Shown piece after piece: positions 20,547-29,520 of a DNA stretch of 64,000 bases. The stretch is from an uncultured virus (IMG/VR IMGVR_UViG_3300042336_000327). Lineage: Duplodnaviria; Heunggongvirae; Uroviricota; Caudoviricetes. Position numbers and translations under genes: made by a program. Position 1 is the stretch's first letter. The number at the start of each line of letters is the position of its first letter. Location: positions 1-64,000 of the IMG/VR virus record IMGVR_UViG_3300042336_000327, one strand, 5' to 3'. Below the pieces are notes generated by a model. That model ran no database searches. It was not told where the DNA came from and saw only the letters and a list, made by a program, of their open reading frames with translations.

Positions 20547-21388
20547 TGGCAAAACCATCAACACGCCAACAATTGATTGACTATTGTTTAAGAAAATTAG
20601 GAGCTCCTGTTTTAGAAATAAACGTAGATGATGATCAGATTGATGATCTGGTTGATGATGCAATTCAATTTTTTAATGAGCGTCATTTTGATGGTGTTGA
20701 AAGAATGTACTTAAAGTACAAGATAACGCAAGCGGATATTGATAGAGGAAGAGCAAAAAATGACAATGGTGTTGGAATTGTAACTACAACTGCGAGTTCT
20801 ACAATTACGGGTTATGGATCCACATCTTTTAACTTTTACGAAAATTCAAACTATATTCAAGTTCCAGACTCTGTAATTGGGATTGAAAAAATATATAAGT
20901 TTGATACGAGTTCCGTTTCATCTGGAATGTGGAGTATTAAGTATCAACTATTCTTGAATGATTTATACTACTTTAATTCAGTTGAACTCTTACAGTATGC
21001 AATGGTAAAAACATATCTAGAAGATATTGATTTTTTACTTTCAACAGATAAGCAAATAAGATTTAATAAAAGGCAAAATAGATTATATTTAGATATTGAT
21101 TGGGGGGCAAAAACAGTTGATACTTGGTTAGTTATGGATTGTTATAGAGCACTTGACCCAACAGATTTTTCTAAAGTATATAATGATAGTTTTGTTAAAA
21201 GATACTTAACTGCATTGATCAAAAGACAATGGGGACAAAATCTAATCAAGTTCCGTGGCGTTAAGTTACCTGGTGGAATTGAATTAAATGGTAGAGAGAT
21301 TTATGAAGATGCAGAAAGAGAAATTGATGAAATAACAAAGAGAATGTCAATGGATTACGAACTTCCACCTTACGACTTTATTGGATAA
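20546..21388 (+). CDS. gp13: Neck protein gp13
   Basis: LIDYCLRKLGAPVLEINVDDDQ, HFDG and QWGQNLIKF.GV.LPGG..LNG motifs. Confidence 0.93.
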   Translation: MAKPSTRQQLIDYCLRKLGAPVLEINVDDDQIDDLVDDAIQFFNERHFDGVERMYLKYKITQADIDRGRAKNDNGVGIVTTTASSTITGYGSTSFNFYENSNYIQVPDSVIGIEKIYKFDTSSVSSGMWSIKYQLFLNDLYYFNSVELLQYAMVKTYLEDIDFLLSTDKQIRFNKRQNRLYLDIDWGAKTVDTWLVMDCYRALDPTDFSKVYNDSFVKRYLTALIKRQWGQNLIKFRGVKLPGGIELNGREIYEDAEREIDEITKRMSMDYELPPYDFIG

Positions 21389-24300
21389 TGGCATTAAATC
21401 CCTTTTTCTTACAAGGATCCGCTGCTGAACAAAGACTTGTTCAGGATTTAATCAATGAACAGTTAAGAATGTATGGTGTTGAAGTTGTATATGTTCCTAG
21501 ATTTTTTGTTAATAAAAAAACAATTATCGAAGAAGTTCAAACTTCAAAATTCGATGATTCTTATTTACTAGAAGCATATGTAAATAATTATGAGGGATAT
21601 ACTGGTGCTGGAGATATTTTAACTAAATTTGGGATGAGTTTAAAGGATGAATTGAATTTAGTTATTTCAAGAGAAAGATTTGAAGAATTTATTAGTCCAT
21701 TTTTACAGGAAGAAGATGCATATGAAGTAGAAGTAGCTTTAAGACCTAGAGAAGGTGATGTAATTTATTTTCCACTTGGTCAAAGATTATTTGAAGTTAA
21801 ATTTGTTGAGCATGAAAAACCATTTTATCAACTTGGAAAAGGTTATGTGTATGAGTTATCATGCGAACTCTTTGAATATGAGAATGAAGTCTTTGATACT
21901 GGTAATGAAGATGTAGATGCTGTAATCGCAAATCAAGGAGAAATTCTATCACTCAGATTAGTGGGTTATGGTCAAACAGCAGTTCTTGGTGCAGATATAA
22001 ACAGCAATTATGTTAGAAAAATCTATTTGAATAATGATGGATATGGATATACATCGACTCCAACTGTAACATTTTCTAATGCTCCTGCATTCGGAAGAAC
22101 TGCACAAGCAGTTGCAATTACAACTTCAGTTGCTGGAGTCCGTTCAATCAAAGAAATTGTATTAAAAGACGCTGGTTGGGGATATACTTCAATACCTACT
22201 ATAACAATTAGCGGTGGAGGTGGTACGGGTGCGGCAGCAACTTGCTCTATAGATGTTTATCGAAAGGGGGTATCTTTTGTGCCTGTAACTTCTGGTGGGC
22301 AAGGATACACCACATCACCAAGTGTTACTTTCTCTGGTCCCACATTTATTGGTGCAGCAGGAACCGCAGTTATAGCAGACACAGCGTTAGATAGAGTAGT
22401 AATTAATAATGGTGGTTCTAGTTACTCTCCAAAACTAAGTATAGGAGTTACTTTTAGTCCCCCAAATCCAATTGGTTTTGTAACGGCAATTGCCACTGCA
22501 AATATTCAAAATGAGCAGTTATCCTCATTTAATATTGCAAATATTGGTATAGGATATAGTCAGGCTCCAACTATTACAATTGATAGTCCAACAGGAGTTG
22601 GATCAACTGCAACAGTTATCGCAGTTGGTGGGCTAGTTTATGGAGAGACTGTCTCTAGCATTTCGATAGCATCTTCTGGACAATTCTACATCACAAATCC
22701 AACATTAACCTTTGATAACCCTACAGGTATAGCATCAACTGCCAGAGTATCTTCTTCACTAGTCTCATCTGGTGGTATATCTACAATTTCATATTCACTA
22801 TTGAGCTCAGGTAGGTACTATACAACTGAGCCATCATTAAATATTGATTTCTTAGTATTAAGTCCTGGATTTGTCAATCAACCAAAATTTGGTTCAAATT
22901 CTTGGAAAATAATTTCAACAGAACCGAATAGAAATATTACTAGACCAGCAATTTCTGGAGCAGGTGTCGTCTCTATTGGAATAACTGGTTCTATTCAAAT
23001 GTTTGTTAAAGTTCCATCTACATTATCAGGTGTTTCAACTTTCATAGAACTGAACAGATTATCCAATGGTGGGTATGCTAACAATGTTGATATGAGAGTT
23101 AATTCTTCAGGATATTTTGAAGTTGGTATCGGAACAATATCATTAACTTCAAATGTCTATGCTCTTGACGATACTTGGCATTATCTATACTTATCATCTG
23201 ACTATGATCCACCTCCAGTACAGACAGTTACACTTACCGTTGATGGAACAGATACTAGCGGATACTCATTCCCAACAGTAACTGTTATTGAACTGGTAAC
23301 AAATGCAGATATAACTCCACCCGTTATTAAAAATTCTACAAATAGTGGAATTTTATTGGACGATATTTTTGGGACAAAGGTTTCGACAGGAACATCTGCA
23401 GTTCCAACATCCACTCCAGTTCCAAACTCCAATACAGTATTATTTGATGATTTTGAAAATAGTATTGGAACATTGAATTCAATTAGTATTGGATGCTCAA
23501 TATCAAACGGAAGAGTAATATCTCTAGATAATAATAGTACTACTCTTTCTGGTATTGTAACATCAATTGTTTCTGCTGCAATTGAAGCGCCAACAGGAAC
23601 ACCTTCAGATTTCAGAGCAACTGGAATAGCAAGCGTCACGTCTGGAGTTCTTACTTCAGTAACTCTAACTTATGGTGGATATGGATACCTAACCAATCCA
23701 AATGTAACTGTATCTGGTCCAACTGGAGTTGGTTCAAACTTTAGAGCAACTGCTATTGCAAACCTAAGATCTTCAGGAAGACTGAATCAGATTTTAATAA
23801 CAAATCCTGGTCTTGGATATACGGCAACACCTTCAGTAACTATTTCTGGACCTCTTGGACAAATTCCAGAAGGTTATGGCGTTGTTGGAGTCAGTGGCAC
23901 TATAACTTCTGTTGTCATCACAAAACCAGGTATTGGATACACAGTTGCTCCTACGGTAAGCATTGCAAATACTGTAACAGATAGAGACTTTACCGCTGGA
24001 TTTACAACTGCAAGAGGAAGAGCGGTATTGAATTCTGTTACTAATGAAATTGATTATATCTTGATTGATGACCCAGGTTCTGGATATCAATCACCACCAA
24101 CGGTTACGATTGGATCACCTCCAGTAATCATTGGAGTTGGTACGTATTGGTTTAATGAAGTTGTGACTGGATCAATTTCAAGCACCACTGCAAGGGTTAA
24201 GCGTTGGGATGCTGATGATAGGATTATTCAGATTTCTATTGAAAATGGCAAGTTTGTTCCTGGCGAACTTTTAGTTGGCGCCGCTTCATCGGCTATATAT

Positions 24301-24447
24301 GTTGTTGATGAATATTTAACTCTCAGCGAAGTTCCTGCTGCAGCTTCATTGAGAAACTTAGATGACTATGAAGAAAATGATGAAATTGAATTTGAAGCAG
24401 ATCAAATTATAGACTTCTCAGAATCGAATCCATTTGGAAATTACTAA
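21388..24447 (+). CDS. gp14: Neck protein gp14 with a large repeat and LamG-like insertion
   Basis: N-terminus MALNPFF...EQRLVQDLINEQLRMYG, RPREGD.IYFP, FEVKFVEHE.PFYQLG; C-terminus DFSESNPFG; 1019 aa. Confidence 0.88.
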   Translation: MALNPFFLQGSAAEQRLVQDLINEQLRMYGVEVVYVPRFFVNKKTIIEEVQTSKFDDSYLLEAYVNNYEGYTGAGDILTKFGMSLKDELNLVISRERFEEFISPFLQEEDAYEVEVALRPREGDVIYFPLGQRLFEVKFVEHEKPFYQLGKGYVYELSCELFEYENEVFDTGNEDVDAVIANQGEILSLRLVGYGQTAVLGADINSNYVRKIYLNNDGYGYTSTPTVTFSNAPAFGRTAQAVAITTSVAGVRSIKEIVLKDAGWGYTSIPTITISGGGGTGAAATCSIDVYRKGVSFVPVTSGGQGYTTSPSVTFSGPTFIGAAGTAVIADTALDRVVINNGGSSYSPKLSIGVTFSPPNPIGFVTAIATANIQNEQLSSFNIANIGIGYSQAPTITIDSPTGVGSTATVIAVGGLVYGETVSSISIASSGQFYITNPTLTFDNPTGIASTARVSSSLVSSGGISTISYSLLSSGRYYTTEPSLNIDFLVLSPGFVNQPKFGSNSWKIISTEPNRNITRPAISGAGVVSIGITGSIQMFVKVPSTLSGVSTFIELNRLSNGGYANNVDMRVNSSGYFEVGIGTISLTSNVYALDDTWHYLYLSSDYDPPPVQTVTLTVDGTDTSGYSFPTVTVIELVTNADITPPVIKNSTNSGILLDDIFGTKVSTGTSAVPTSTPVPNSNTVLFDDFENSIGTLNSISIGCSISNGRVISLDNNSTTLSGIVTSIVSAAIEAPTGTPSDFRATGIASVTSGVLTSVTLTYGGYGYLTNPNVTVSGPTGVGSNFRATAIANLRSSGRLNQILITNPGLGYTATPSVTISGPLGQIPEGYGVVGVSGTITSVVITKPGIGYTVAPTVSIANTVTDRDFTAGFTTARGRAVLNSVTNEIDYILIDDPGSGYQSPPTVTIGSPPVIIGVGTYWFNEVVTGSISSTTARVKRWDADDRIIQISIENGKFVPGELLVGAASSAIYVVDEYLTLSEVPAAASLRNLDDYEENDEIEFEADQIIDFSESNPFGNY

Positions 24448-25292
24448 TGTTAGGTACTTACTATTATCACGAAATTATTAGAAAAACTATTATAGGATTT
24501 GGAACCCTGTTTAATCAAATTTACATTAGGCATTATGATAAAAATGATGTTAATGTAGTTGATGAACTTAGAGTTCCTTTATCATATGGTCCTAGACAAA
24601 AGTTTCTTGCTAGATTGACTGAGCAATCGGAATTGAATAAACCAATTGCAATGACTCTACCAAGAATGTCATTTGAAATGGTTTCTCTAAGTTATGATGC
24701 AAGTAGAAAAGCAGGCGTAACCCAATCATTTAAAGCTTCTGATGGAACTAATTTGAAGAAAGTTTTTATGCCAGTTCCATATAATATTGGATTCGATTTA
24801 TCAATTTATTGCAAACTAAATGATGATGCTCTTCAAATCGTTGAGCAAATTTTACCATGCTTTCAACCAGCATTGAATCTAACAATTGACTTAGTGGATT
24901 CAATTGGAGAAAAAAGAGATATGCCAATCATTCTGAATAATGTTTCATTTACAGATGATTATGAAGGTGATTTCAGTACAAGAAGAGCTTTAATTTATAC
25001 ACTATCATTTACTGTTAAAACATATCTGTTTGGTGCCATTTCCGATACAACAGACGGTCTTATCAGAAAAGTTCAAGTTGATACATATAGTGGTACAAAT
25101 ACAACCTCTGCTAAGAGGGAAATGAGATATACTGTCACTCCAAAGGCACTTGAAGATCTGAACAATGATGGAGTCATAACACAAATTGATGATGCACTTC
25201 TTGGACCAGATGATGACTTTGGATTCTCAGAGACAACGGAATTCTTTACAGACTCTAGAAGATACAATATTGTTCAAGGTGGAGATGTATAA
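24447..25292 (+). CDS. gp15: Tail sheath stabilizer / tail terminator gp15
   Basis: YYYHEIIRKTIIGFGTLFN, VPLSYGP.QKF, LPRMSFE, PVPYNI and DDYEGDF..RR motifs. Confidence 0.93.
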   Translation: MLGTYYYHEIIRKTIIGFGTLFNQIYIRHYDKNDVNVVDELRVPLSYGPRQKFLARLTEQSELNKPIAMTLPRMSFEMVSLSYDASRKAGVTQSFKASDGTNLKKVFMPVPYNIGFDLSIYCKLNDDALQIVEQILPCFQPALNLTIDLVDSIGEKRDMPIILNNVSFTDDYEGDFSTRRALIYTLSFTVKTYLFGAISDTTDGLIRKVQVDTYSGTNTTSAKREMRYTVTPKALEDLNNDGVITQIDDALLGPDDDFGFSETTEFFTDSRRYNIVQGGDV

Positions 25293-25298
25293 AATATC

Positions 25299-25712
25299 AT
25301 GCCTGGATATGAAAATTTAGATTTGACCTTTAATACAGATTCTAGCATCGTTGAAAAACAACCAACAGATGTTGAAATTGTTGGTGGAAATAAAGATGAT
25401 ATTAAAAAAGATTATGAATATACTCGTGCCAATTTGTATTCTTTGATTGAAAAAGGTCAAGAGGCCATCAATGGCATTATGGAGCTTGCGGGAGAAGGTG
25501 GTAGTCCTAGGGCATATGAAGTTGCTGGACAACTCATTAAAAGTGTTGCTGATACAACTGATAAGTTGATTGACCTTCAAAAGAAACTTAAGGAAGTAGA
25601 AGAAGATAAGGTTAAAACAACAAATGTTACTAACAATAATGCACTATTTGTTGGATCAACTGCCGATTTGTCAAAACTACTTAAACAAGGTTTTCTAAAT
25701 AATAAAGAGTAA
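25299..25712 (+). CDS. gp16: Terminase small subunit gp16
   Basis: DYEYTRANLY, SPRAYEVAGQLIK and NNALFVGSTADL motifs. Confidence 0.9.
   Translation: MPGYENLDLTFNTDSSIVEKQPTDVEIVGGNKDDIKKDYEYTRANLYSLIEKGQEAINGIMELAGEGGSPRAYEVAGQLIKSVADTTDKLIDLQKKLKEVEEDKVKTTNVTNNNALFVGSTADLSKLLKQGFLNNKE
25694..25701 (+). promoter_or_regulatory. Late promoter variant (TCTAAATA)
   Basis: In the 3' end of gp16, about 24 nt before the ATG at 25725. Confidence 0.5.
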
Positions 25713-25724
25713 TGTGTTTTTTCA

Positions 25725-27773
25725 ATGAGTTGGTCTGACAAATATAAAAGATCAATAAATTGTGATAATCCTAGTGGATTTTCTCAAAAGGCTCATTGTG
25801 CTGCTCGTAAAAAAAGACAACGTGGTGAAGAGACTAAATCCGAATCTCCATTCAATGAAATGCACGAAGTAAAGTCCCATAAGACAGTTGAACAAATTGC
25901 AAAGAAACATCGCCTTGAAGTTTCTTTTATAAAAAAGCAACTTGAAATGGGAATTCCAATCGAGCATGAACACACAAAGGATAAAGATCTTGCAACAGAT
26001 ATTGCTCTTCAGCATCTAGATGAAATTCCAGATTATTATACTCGTTTGAAAAAAATGGAGGCAGATGCTAAAAAACATCATAAGAAATTTAAAGATGTAA
26101 AGGAGCATTGTGGTTGTGAGGATGATGCTGTTGAAGAACTCGAATCAGGATTAAAAAAATTAGATGATACTTCTTATGATTCTATTGATGGTCTCATGAG
26201 AAAAATTATGAAAAAGCATGATATGACTGCTAAACAATTGCATAATGCATTTGTTGATAAGCATCAAAAAACTCCAGATGATTGGATTAATGAAGGAACC
26301 CTTCACCATTGGTTTAAAGGTTCCAAATCTAAAAGTGGAAAACCAGGATGGGTTCAGGCAGATGGTTCTCCATGTGCAAATGAACCAGGTGAAACTAAAA
26401 CTCCTAAATGTTTTAGTAGCGGAAGATTAAAGTCTTTAAAGAAAAAAGGTAAAAAAGGTGAAGCGTTAATTAGATCAGCAATTCGCCGTAAGCGTCAAAA
26501 AGATAAGGGGCAGCAACAAAAATCTGGAGCAGCAAAACCAACAAATGTTCCAACTTTTGCTAAAGGCAAAAAAGATAAAAATTACGTCAAAGCAGAACCA
26601 GGAATCAAAGAAGCAATGGAACTCAACGAAGCATCGAAAGATAAACCAGGCAAAGGTAGTGGTAACAAAGATGCCTGTTATCACAAAGTAAAAGCAAGAT
26701 TTAAGGTTTGGCCAAGTGCATATGCATCTGGAGCACTTGTTCAATGCCGCAAAAAAGGTGCTGATAACTGGGGAACAAAATCAGAGAGTACTAATGCACT
26801 TGCATATGATTGGGATGGTCCAATTTTTGAAAATGAAATGAGATATTGTCCAAAGTGCAAAAAAATGGAAAAGATGCGTGAGTGCAGATATGGTCCAAAA
26901 TATTGGTCCATGTTTTCAATACCATACGAACCATCAAATCAAGAAAAATTTAATATTGCAACGGTCCATCCTGCTAATGAAGCCTATGACCACGAGTATT
27001 CAATGGCTCGTTCAGAACTTTCAACAATCATTAAGGCTGCAAATAGACTTAAGAAAAAAATGAAGAAAGGTGAAGGTGAGATAGAAGCATGGGTTCAGTC
27101 AAAGATTACAAAAGCAGCTGATTACATCGACACTGCAGCAGATTATGTTGATAGTGGTGAAATGAATAAGGAGAGCGTATCTATTGAAGATGCTAATGGA
27201 AATCATTACGCAGAGTTTATTGATATCATCAAACCAGAACCATTAAAACCAACTAAAGGTATTGGTAGTGACTTACTTGGTGAAGGTCCTAGTTTTGAAA
27301 TTGGTGGTAAAAAGACAACAGGTATGGGTGGAATGACTCCACAAGATGTTGATAGACTGAAGCAAGGGAATCCTGGTGCTGCTGGAAAAATAGATCAAAA
27401 ATATCAACAGATTAGACAAGGAATCAATTCACCACTTGCTAAAAAAGAACCTAAAAAAGAGATGCAGGTTGCACATTATGAACCAGACTTAAAAACCTTC
27501 CAACAGTTTATGGAAGATTGGCAGAAAGTCAATCGTCAGGATAAAACTGATGGATTGAGTCAAGCAGCAGTAGATGCTTATCGTCGTGAGAATCCTGGTT
27601 CAAAACTTCAGACTGCAGTAACTGAGAAGAAACCAAAAGGTAAAAGAGCGAAACGCCGTGCTAACTTCTGCCGTCGAATGAAAGGCATGAAATCAAAACT
27701 GACTTCTGCAAAAACTGCAAGAGACCCAGATTCAAGAATTAACAAAGCACTACGTCGTTGGAACTGTAACTAA
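25725..27773 (+). CDS. Modular K/R-rich hypothetical protein; probable capsid-internal polyprotein
   Basis: 682 aa of about 10 short modules ending in hydrophobic-x-E, with an internal LKTFQQFME motif (see findings). Confidence 0.75.
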   Translation: MSWSDKYKRSINCDNPSGFSQKAHCAARKKRQRGEETKSESPFNEMHEVKSHKTVEQIAKKHRLEVSFIKKQLEMGIPIEHEHTKDKDLATDIALQHLDEIPDYYTRLKKMEADAKKHHKKFKDVKEHCGCEDDAVEELESGLKKLDDTSYDSIDGLMRKIMKKHDMTAKQLHNAFVDKHQKTPDDWINEGTLHHWFKGSKSKSGKPGWVQADGSPCANEPGETKTPKCFSSGRLKSLKKKGKKGEALIRSAIRRKRQKDKGQQQKSGAAKPTNVPTFAKGKKDKNYVKAEPGIKEAMELNEASKDKPGKGSGNKDACYHKVKARFKVWPSAYASGALVQCRKKGADNWGTKSESTNALAYDWDGPIFENEMRYCPKCKKMEKMRECRYGPKYWSMFSIPYEPSNQEKFNIATVHPANEAYDHEYSMARSELSTIIKAANRLKKKMKKGEGEIEAWVQSKITKAADYIDTAADYVDSGEMNKESVSIEDANGNHYAEFIDIIKPEPLKPTKGIGSDLLGEGPSFEIGGKKTTGMGGMTPQDVDRLKQGNPGAAGKIDQKYQQIRQGINSPLAKKEPKKEMQVAHYEPDLKTFQQFMEDWQKVNRQDKTDGLSQAAVDAYRRENPGSKLQTAVTEKKPKGKRAKRRANFCRRMKGMKSKLTSAKTARDPDSRINKALRRWNCN

Positions 27774-27774
27774 A

Positions 27775-28083
27775 ATGAAATCTTTTCAACAATTTATTTC
27801 AGAAAGTATCACTATCAATGGTGATTTCAATGGAACTCTAAATGTAGGTTCCTCTCAACCAGAACAAGCAACCGAGTCTTTCTTTGCCGACGTTGTTTGG
27901 GAAGGGAAGATGTATCGTTTGGAAGTGGAAGGCAAGATGCTTCCCAAAAATGAACTTGCAGAACAAATCCAAGGAGAATATCCTGGAGCAATCGTTCATA
28001 ACGTTTATCCAAATCAGGTAAATACTTCAAGAATTAAAAACGCACAAAGATATCAACCAGAGAGATTGTCTTGGGGTCAGTGA
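27775..28083 (+). CDS. Hypothetical protein with an N-terminal capsid-targeting-like sequence
   Basis: Starts MKSFQQFISE, resembling the T4 internal-protein leader MKTYQEFIAE. Confidence 0.7.
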   Translation: MKSFQQFISESITINGDFNGTLNVGSSQPEQATESFFADVVWEGKMYRLEVEGKMLPKNELAEQIQGEYPGAIVHNVYPNQVNTSRIKNAQRYQPERLSWGQ

Positions 28084-28086
28084 TTT

Positions 28087-29517
28087 ATGGCACAATTTAA
28101 TAAAAGTACTCAAGATTTTTTAAATCAAGAGAGAACTCTTTTTGAAGTTAATATGATCGCCAATAAAAATGGCGAGGTAGTTACACTTGACAACCCATTT
28201 CCAGTTACTGGAACTGTTGGAATTTCATCAGATACTCTTATTACTATCAACCCAGATACAAATGCTGTTGATGCATTTGGTAGGAGTAGAGTTTCTGAAC
28301 CATTTACTCTTGGCGACTACAAGCACTTATATGCTATTGACCCAAACTTTTTGGATAGTGTTTCTGGTGCAGGTTCAACAGTATCATTTTTGCAAAACCA
28401 AGCGTGTGCAAGATTACAAACTGGTATTGGAACAACTGCATTTAGTGTTCATCAAACGAAGTTTTATCATCACTATCAACCAGGAAAAGGACAACTAATT
28501 TTTAGTTCTTTTAACTTCTATGCTCCTCAACGAAATGCAACTAAAAGAACTGGATATTTTGATGATAGAGACGGAATTTATTTTGAACAGGTGGGTCTTA
28601 ATACTTCTGATGGAATAAATACTGGTATTGGAACAAACAATTGGGTAATCAGAACTTTTGTAAGTGGTATTGCAACCGAAACCAGGATTCCACAATCACA
28701 ATGGAACAGAGATAAATGTGATGGAACGGGAACTTCTGGGTTCAATTTAGATATTACAAAAACTCAACTTGCATTTATAGATTTTCAGTGGTTAGGTGTT
28801 GGTAGAGTTCGTTGTGGATTTGCTCATAATGGACAACTCATCACCGCACACGAATTCAACCATTCCAACTATCAGAGCACAGTTTATATTGCAAATCCAA
28901 ACCTACCAGTTCGTTGCGAACTCCGAAATACTGGTGTAGGTATTGGAGCATCATTTGATCAGATTTGTTCTTCTGTAATGTCAGAAGGTGGATATGTAGA
29001 AAGTGGTATTGACTTTGCTTATACAATGACTGCTACAAGAACCACACCAACACCAGCAGGAACAGAACTTCCTTTGGTTGCCATTCGTCTCAAAAATATT
29101 TTTCAGGGATATCCAAATAGAATATCAGTTAAATTGAATAATATTTCATTATTCTGTGAAACAAATAGTATTGTTTATAAAGTTATAAAACTTCCAAGTT
29201 CTGCTTATTTGAGTAATGCGGGAACTTTAACTTGGACTTCTGCTTCTGATAATAGTGGTGTTGAGTTTTGTATTAATGCAACAACTTACAATAATGGTGA
29301 TGTTTTTGCATCTGGTTATGTTCCTTCTGGTGCATCACAAAACTCACTTTCACCAGTTGCTTCTGGTACGTTAAGTCAGGCAAAGAAAAATATTATTGTT
29401 CAAAATATAGATTCATCAAACTCTGAAATTTATGTGCTTGTTGTAAGAACCATCACTACTACTGGTAATGCCACTGCTAGCGTTGCTGCTGCTCTTCAGT
29501 GGAGGGAGATTTACTAA
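28087..29517 (+). CDS. Hypothetical beta-rich (lectin-like) virion protein
   Basis: 476 aa; DAFGR.RVS.P.TL, YQPGK, IPQSQWN.DK.DG, IDFQWLGVGRVR.GF and NLPVR.E motifs. Confidence 0.7.
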   Translation: MAQFNKSTQDFLNQERTLFEVNMIANKNGEVVTLDNPFPVTGTVGISSDTLITINPDTNAVDAFGRSRVSEPFTLGDYKHLYAIDPNFLDSVSGAGSTVSFLQNQACARLQTGIGTTAFSVHQTKFYHHYQPGKGQLIFSSFNFYAPQRNATKRTGYFDDRDGIYFEQVGLNTSDGINTGIGTNNWVIRTFVSGIATETRIPQSQWNRDKCDGTGTSGFNLDITKTQLAFIDFQWLGVGRVRCGFAHNGQLITAHEFNHSNYQSTVYIANPNLPVRCELRNTGVGIGASFDQICSSVMSEGGYVESGIDFAYTMTATRTTPTPAGTELPLVAIRLKNIFQGYPNRISVKLNNISLFCETNSIVYKVIKLPSSAYLSNAGTLTWTSASDNSGVEFCINATTYNNGDVFASGYVPSGASQNSLSPVASGTLSQAKKNIIVQNIDSSNSEIYVLVVRTITTTGNATASVAAALQWREIY

Positions 29518-29520
29518 ATT

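Noticed and set aside
28420..28636. 16-bp direct repeat ACTGGTATTGGAACAA
   Set aside because: Both copies encode the common TGIGT peptide; only two copies, so not a CRISPR or att site.
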